A stretch of 64,000 bases of DNA from Desulfarculia bacterium (GTDB taxonomy: Bacteria > Desulfobacterota > Desulfarculia > Adiutricales > JAGVGV01), in assembly GCA_963662445.1 (NCBI GenBank), contig OY759590.1, forward strand, positions 1,388,449 through 1,452,448, read 5' to 3'. Below the pieces are notes generated by a model. That model ran no database searches. It saw nothing but the letters and a program-made list of their open reading frames with translations, and was not told where the DNA came from. Shown here piece after piece: positions 59,753-64,000 of this stretch (position 1 is its first letter; each line of letters starts with the position of its first letter). The position numbers were made by a program, and so were the translations under genes.

Positions 59753-59860
59753 AAGGGAGGCCGTAGCCTCCCTTCAGTGCGGCCGACAGGTTCAGCTTCA
59801 ACTTCACCGTACCGCTTTCCATTTCGACCGCTGGTGAATCAAGATCCCTGAACCGTGCGC

Positions 59861-60655
59861 TCAGGCCAGCATGGCCGGCAAGGGCGGGAGTATGGCTTCC
59901 AGAAGATTGGTGAAGGCCGGGTGGGTAATGCTCCCGGTCTCGTCCATCCGGTCCATCTGTCCGACTATCCGCCCTTCGTCGAGAACCACCAGGCGGTCGG
60001 CCATTCTCAACAGGACGCGGATATCGTGGGAGATAAAGAGGTAGGCCGTTCCCGTCTCCCGTTGCAGGTCTGTCAGCAGTTCCATAACCTTGGCCTGGAT
60101 GAGCATGTCCAGGCTGCTGACCGCTTCGTCCAGAACTATCAGACTCGGCGACAGGGAGATGGCCCTGGCGATGCACACCCGCTGCAATTCTCCGCCGCTG
60201 AACTGGTGAGGCAGCTTATCCGCCGCCTCCGGACGCAGGCCGACCCTTTCCAACAGATGCACGACCTTCTCTCGCATGCTGGTTGGAGAAAGTTGTTCGA
60301 AATTCCTGATAGGCTCGGCGATGATCCTTCCGGCCGTCCAGCGCGGATTGACCGAGCCGAAGGAATTCTGAAAGACCACCTGGATGTTTTTGCGGTATTC
60401 CCGGTAGTCCTGCTCCGGCAGAGACTTGACCGGTCTGCCGTTGAAGAGGACTTCGCCGGAGTCGGGCCGTTCCAGTCCCAGGGCGATGCGTCCCAGGGTG
60501 CTTTTCCCGGAACCACTCCTGCCCAGCAACCCCAGGCAGCAGCCCGGCTCCAGGGAGAGGTCGACATCCTTCAGGACTTCAAAGCGTTCCCGCATCCCGA
60601 ACAGGCCGCCACGGCGGTAGGATTTGCGTATCTGTTTCAACTCCAGCAGAGACAT
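59861..60655 (-). CDS. nikE: Nickel/peptide ABC transporter ATPase (NikE-like)
   Basis: GRSGSGKST, FSGGELQR, LDEAVSSLD. Confidence 0.85.
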   Translation of the reverse strand: MSLLELKQIRKSYRRGGLFGMRERFEVLKDVDLSLEPGCCLGLLGRSGSGKSTLGRIALGLERPDSGEVLFNGRPVKSLPEQDYREYRKNIQVVFQNSFGSVNPRWTAGRIIAEPIRNFEQLSPTSMREKVVHLLERVGLRPEAADKLPHQFSGGELQRVCIARAISLSPSLIVLDEAVSSLDMLIQAKVMELLTDLQRETGTAYLFISHDIRVLLRMADRLVVLDEGRIVGQMDRMDETGSITHPAFTNLLEAILPPLPAMLA

Positions 60656-60668
60656 GTCGTTTCCTTTT

Positions 60669-61535
60669 TCAGCCTGCCACGGCCAAGGCCGGTATTTCGT
60701 GCTCCCTGGCGCCGTTGGCTTTCATAAACCGGTTCAGGGCGGGACCGTAGAGGCTCAGATGAGCCTGCATGAGGGCCTGGGTGTATGGATGGCGGTTTTG
60801 AGTGAAAATGTCGCCCACCGTTCCCGATTCGACGATCTCGCCATTCTGCATCACGGCCACCTTGTCGGCCAGCCGGGCGATGACGCTCAGATCATGGGTG
60901 ACCAGCAGGATGGAGACGCCGTGCCTTTCCCTGACCCCGGCCAACAGGTCCAGTATCCTGGCCTGGGAAACCACATCCAGGTCCGTGGTCGGTTCGTCCG
61001 CAATGAGCAGCGAGACATTCATGGTCAGGGCCAGAGCCACCATCACCCGTTGCAGCATCCCGCCGCTCATCTGGAAGGGATACAGGTCAAGTATGTCCCG
61101 GGGCCGGTCGAAGCCCACTTCCACCAGGGCGGCGTCAAGCCTTTCTGCGGTCACTTCCCTTGGCTTGAAGCCGTGGGAGGCCAGAGTCTCCTTGAAATGG
61201 TGCCGTATCGTGAAAACGGAATCGAAACAGCTCATGGGATTCTGCAGAATCATGGCCGCTTTCCGGCCACGGAAAGCCCTCATCTCAGCCTCATCCAGGT
61301 CCCTGAGCGGGCGTCCGTCCAGGCATATATCTCCGGAGACCTGCCTGATTCCGTTGGGCAGCAGGCCCATGACGGCCAGACAGGAAAGAGACTTCCCGCA
61401 GCCGCTTTCACCTATCAGCCCCATGATCTCGTCCTGGTTCACCGAAAAGCTGACTTCCTTGACCAGAAGCCTTTCCGTCTTTCCGCTTCCCAGGGACAAG
61501 GACAGGTTTTCCACGGACAATCTAATCTTGGACAT
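60669..61535 (-). CDS. nikD: Nickel/peptide ABC transporter ATPase (NikD-like)
   Basis: GESGCGKS, MSGGMLQR, ADEPTTDLD. Confidence 0.85.
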   Translation of the reverse strand: MSKIRLSVENLSLSLGSGKTERLLVKEVSFSVNQDEIMGLIGESGCGKSLSCLAVMGLLPNGIRQVSGDICLDGRPLRDLDEAEMRAFRGRKAAMILQNPMSCFDSVFTIRHHFKETLASHGFKPREVTAERLDAALVEVGFDRPRDILDLYPFQMSGGMLQRVMVALALTMNVSLLIADEPTTDLDVVSQARILDLLAGVRERHGVSILLVTHDLSVIARLADKVAVMQNGEIVESGTVGDIFTQNRHPYTQALMQAHLSLYGPALNRFMKANGAREHEIPALAVAG

Positions 61536-61537
61536 GG

Positions 61538-62374
61538 TCAGACCCCCTCGTTGCGGATGGTCGGATCCAGGCTGTCCCTCAACGCATCACTGGGAATATT
61601 GAAGGCCAGGACCGACAGGAAGATCATCAGGCCCGGATACATGAGCAGTTCCGGTTGAGTCCAGATGTACTGTCTTGCATCGTTGATCATCACTCCCCAC
61701 TCCGGAGTCGGCGGCTGCACTCCAAGGCCAAGGAAAGAAAGCCCGGAGACGTGCAGCATCATGTGGCCTATGTCCAGGGTGGCCAGAATGACCAGTTGAG
61801 CCAGCACGGGCGGAGCTAGGTGCCGGATGATGATGCTCAGGGGCCGGGTGCCCGCCACTTTGGCGTACAGGATGTATTCCCTGTTTTTAAGACTCAGGAC
61901 CAACCCGCGGATGATTCGGGCGTACCAGGCCCAGTGGGTCAGCACTATGGCCAGAATTACGTTGACCATGCCTGTGCCCAGCACTCCGATCAGGAACATG
62001 GCCAGGATGAAGGTAGGGAAGGTCAGAAAGACCTCGCAGATACGCATGAAAAGCGAATCCACCCAGCCCCCGGCGTACCCGGCCAGGCATCCGACCACCA
62101 GGCTGGAGAGCATGACCAGGTTGATTATGATGAAAACCGACCCCATGGAGGTGCGGGCTCCCCAGATAAGCCGGGACAGGATGTCCCGGCCCAGGTGGTC
62201 CGTACCCAGAAGGTTCTGCGAACTCGGCGGCGACAGCTTGCGGCTCAGGTCCACATCGTCCGGGTTGCAGGGGGCCAGCCAGGGCGCCAGCAGGGCCATG
62301 GCCAGAACCATGACTATGACCGGCAAGGCGAACCAGATCATTTTTCTTTTCAGAAGGGATTTGAATACGTTCAT
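61538..62374 (-). CDS. nikC: Nickel ABC transporter permease (NikC-like)
   Basis: LGTDHLGRD, ATLDIGHMMLHV, PEWG. Confidence 0.88.
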   Translation of the reverse strand: MNVFKSLLKRKMIWFALPVIVMVLAMALLAPWLAPCNPDDVDLSRKLSPPSSQNLLGTDHLGRDILSRLIWGARTSMGSVFIIINLVMLSSLVVGCLAGYAGGWVDSLFMRICEVFLTFPTFILAMFLIGVLGTGMVNVILAIVLTHWAWYARIIRGLVLSLKNREYILYAKVAGTRPLSIIIRHLAPPVLAQLVILATLDIGHMMLHVSGLSFLGLGVQPPTPEWGVMINDARQYIWTQPELLMYPGLMIFLSVLAFNIPSDALRDSLDPTIRNEGV

Positions 62375-63315
62375 GACGCCGACCCTCCCTCGTAACGTAT
62401 TCTCGGGTCCAGCCAAGCGTACATAATGTCCACGACCAGATTGCAGACCACAAAGATAACCGTCATTATCAGAATGAAACACTGCATCACCGGGAAATCC
62501 CGGTTATAGATGGCCGACATGGCGTAACGTCCCACACCCGGCCAGGCGAAGATTATCTCCACCACCACGGCCCCGCCCAGCATCTCGCCAATGTGCATGC
62601 CTACGGCCGTGACCACCGGAATCATGGAATTCTTCATGACGTGCCGCCCGATGACCCACTTTTCCAATACCCCCCGGATCCGTGCGTAAAGGACCGAGCG
62701 GGTGTTCATCTGTTCCAGCATGCTCGTCCTGATCAGGCGGGTGTTTATACACATGGACATAAGGGACAGGGTAATGGCCGGCATGATGACGTGTGCCGGG
62801 CCGCCCATGCCCAGGGCCGGCAGCCAGCCCAGCTTGACTGCAAAGACATAAACCAGCAGGAAACCCAGCCAGAAGGCTGGAGTGGATACCCCTGTGTAGG
62901 CCAGAACCCTGGTCAGTTGGTCCGGCCAGCGGTCTTTTTTCAAAGCCGAAATCATGCCCAGCGGCAGGCTCAGCCCCAGGTAGAGGAGAAGTGAGACCGC
63001 CCCCAGATACAGGGTATTGGGCAGGTAGAAAAGGAGTCTTTCCACCACCGGAGCGCCGGTGACGTAGGAAATGCCGAAATCCAGGTGCAAGGCCTTCCAG
63101 AGCCAGTCGAAATACTGCACCAGAAGCGGCCGGTTGAGCCCTAGCTGCTCCCGCACCGCTGCCAGCGCCTCGTCGGTCGGCGGAATCTGGGAAAGGCGAA
63201 GATAGGACATGGCCGGATCGTTTTCTCCCAGGCGGAGGATCAGGAAAACAATCACCGATACGGCCAGCAACAAGGGAATCAGAAGCAGAATTCTGCGTAA
63301 AATATATCTCAGCAT
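62371..63315 (-). CDS. nikB: Nickel ABC transporter permease (NikB-like)
   Basis: MLRYILRRILL, DPAMSYLRLS, MHIGEMLGG, DPRIR. Confidence 0.88.
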   Translation of the reverse strand: MLRYILRRILLLIPLLLAVSVIVFLILRLGENDPAMSYLRLSQIPPTDEALAAVREQLGLNRPLLVQYFDWLWKALHLDFGISYVTGAPVVERLLFYLPNTLYLGAVSLLLYLGLSLPLGMISALKKDRWPDQLTRVLAYTGVSTPAFWLGFLLVYVFAVKLGWLPALGMGGPAHVIMPAITLSLMSMCINTRLIRTSMLEQMNTRSVLYARIRGVLEKWVIGRHVMKNSMIPVVTAVGMHIGEMLGGAVVVEIIFAWPGVGRYAMSAIYNRDFPVMQCFILIMTVIFVVCNLVVDIMYAWLDPRIRYEGGSAS

Positions 63316-63367
63316 GCTCTTCCCGCCATCTGGGCGGCCGGGAATTTTCCCGGCCGCCGGTTTCAGC

Positions 63368-64000
63368 CTATTGCTTGACCATGTCCTCGAAGGGGATTTC
63401 CGACTTGGTCTGTCCATAAACCACGTTGGACAGGTCGGCCCGGTGGACCACCAGCCCGGTTGTGTAGCTGATGGGCAGGTAGACGGCCTGTTCGTGGAGC
63501 GTGGTCAGAATTTTCCGGTACAGTTCCCGGCGTTCAGCCTCATCCACGGTGATGAGAACCCGGCTGATCATCCCGTCTATCTCGGCTTTCATCGGCAGGC
63601 CGGACTGAGCCTGGTAATCCGCGTGGGAAGGAGTCCTCATGGAGCTTGAATAGGAATGGGGATCATAAGGCGGCCCCCAGGTGTCGTTGAAAATAAGATC
63701 GAATTCACCGGCTTTTTGTCTCTTGTAGTAGCTGTCCTTTTCCTCGCCGAGCAGGTTGGCCTTTATTCCCACCTTGCCCAGATCGGCCTGCAGCACTTCG
63801 GCCACCGATTTCTGCACCGCGTCGTTGCCGACAAAGCACAGATCCACAGCCAGAATTTCTCCGTTGCGGGTCCGGAACTTCTCGCCGCCCGCCAGCTTCC
63901 AGCCTGCCTCGTCCAGAATTCTGCCCGCCTCGGCCTGGTCATAGGCGAATGGAAGCAGGTCGATGCCGCAATAAGGGATGTTTTTCGGATACAGGGTGTC
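63368..64000 (-). CDS. nikA: Nickel ABC transporter substrate-binding protein (NikA-like), 5' part outside the window
   Basis: TWGPPYDPHS, SHADYQAQ, HEQAVYLPISY, EIPFE. Confidence 0.88.
   Translation of the reverse strand, partial: DTLYPKNIPYCGIDLLPFAYDQAEAGRILDEAGWKLAGGEKFRTRNGEILAVDLCFVGNDAVQKSVAEVLQADLGKVGIKANLLGEEKDSYYKRQKAGEFDLIFNDTWGPPYDPHSYSSSMRTPSHADYQAQSGLPMKAEIDGMISRVLITVDEAERRELYRKILTTLHEQAVYLPISYTTGLVVHRADLSNVVYGQTKSEIPFEDMVKQ

Overview
GC-rich bacterial chromosomal window, most consistent with a Desulfobacterota (deltaproteobacterial) anaerobe; this taxonomy is inferred from gene content. Core genes: ppx-guaB-guaA-ACBP-dnaE, phoBR-pstSCAB-phoU with 11-bp-periodic Pho boxes, lexA, khpA and a nikABCDE-type operon cut by the window end. 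A respiratory island (27.7-37.4 kb) holds two sigma54-controlled modules: an octaheme OTR-family cytochrome plus cytochrome b, and a UrdA-like Tat flavoprotein plus a 7-heme cytochrome. Features the ORF track misses: (1) two selenoproteins split at in-frame UGA codons, each followed by a SECIS-like hairpin, namely a PrxU peroxiredoxin and a stand-alone 407-aa PrdB-like UxxC protein with an extra C-terminal domain; (2) four copies of a 310-410 bp non-coding MITE with IS1182-like ends, inserted at stem-loop terminators, three with 17-27 bp duplications of the hairpin, and carrying a conserved multi-hairpin core; (3) a second palindromic repeat family, also nested inside one MITE copy; (4) small ORFs (oadG-like, and a 45-aa ORF ahead of a Doc module), probable leaderless lexA/marR promoters and paired MarR operators. 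No rRNA, tRNA, CRISPR array or transposase was recognised. All calls are by eye, without database searches.
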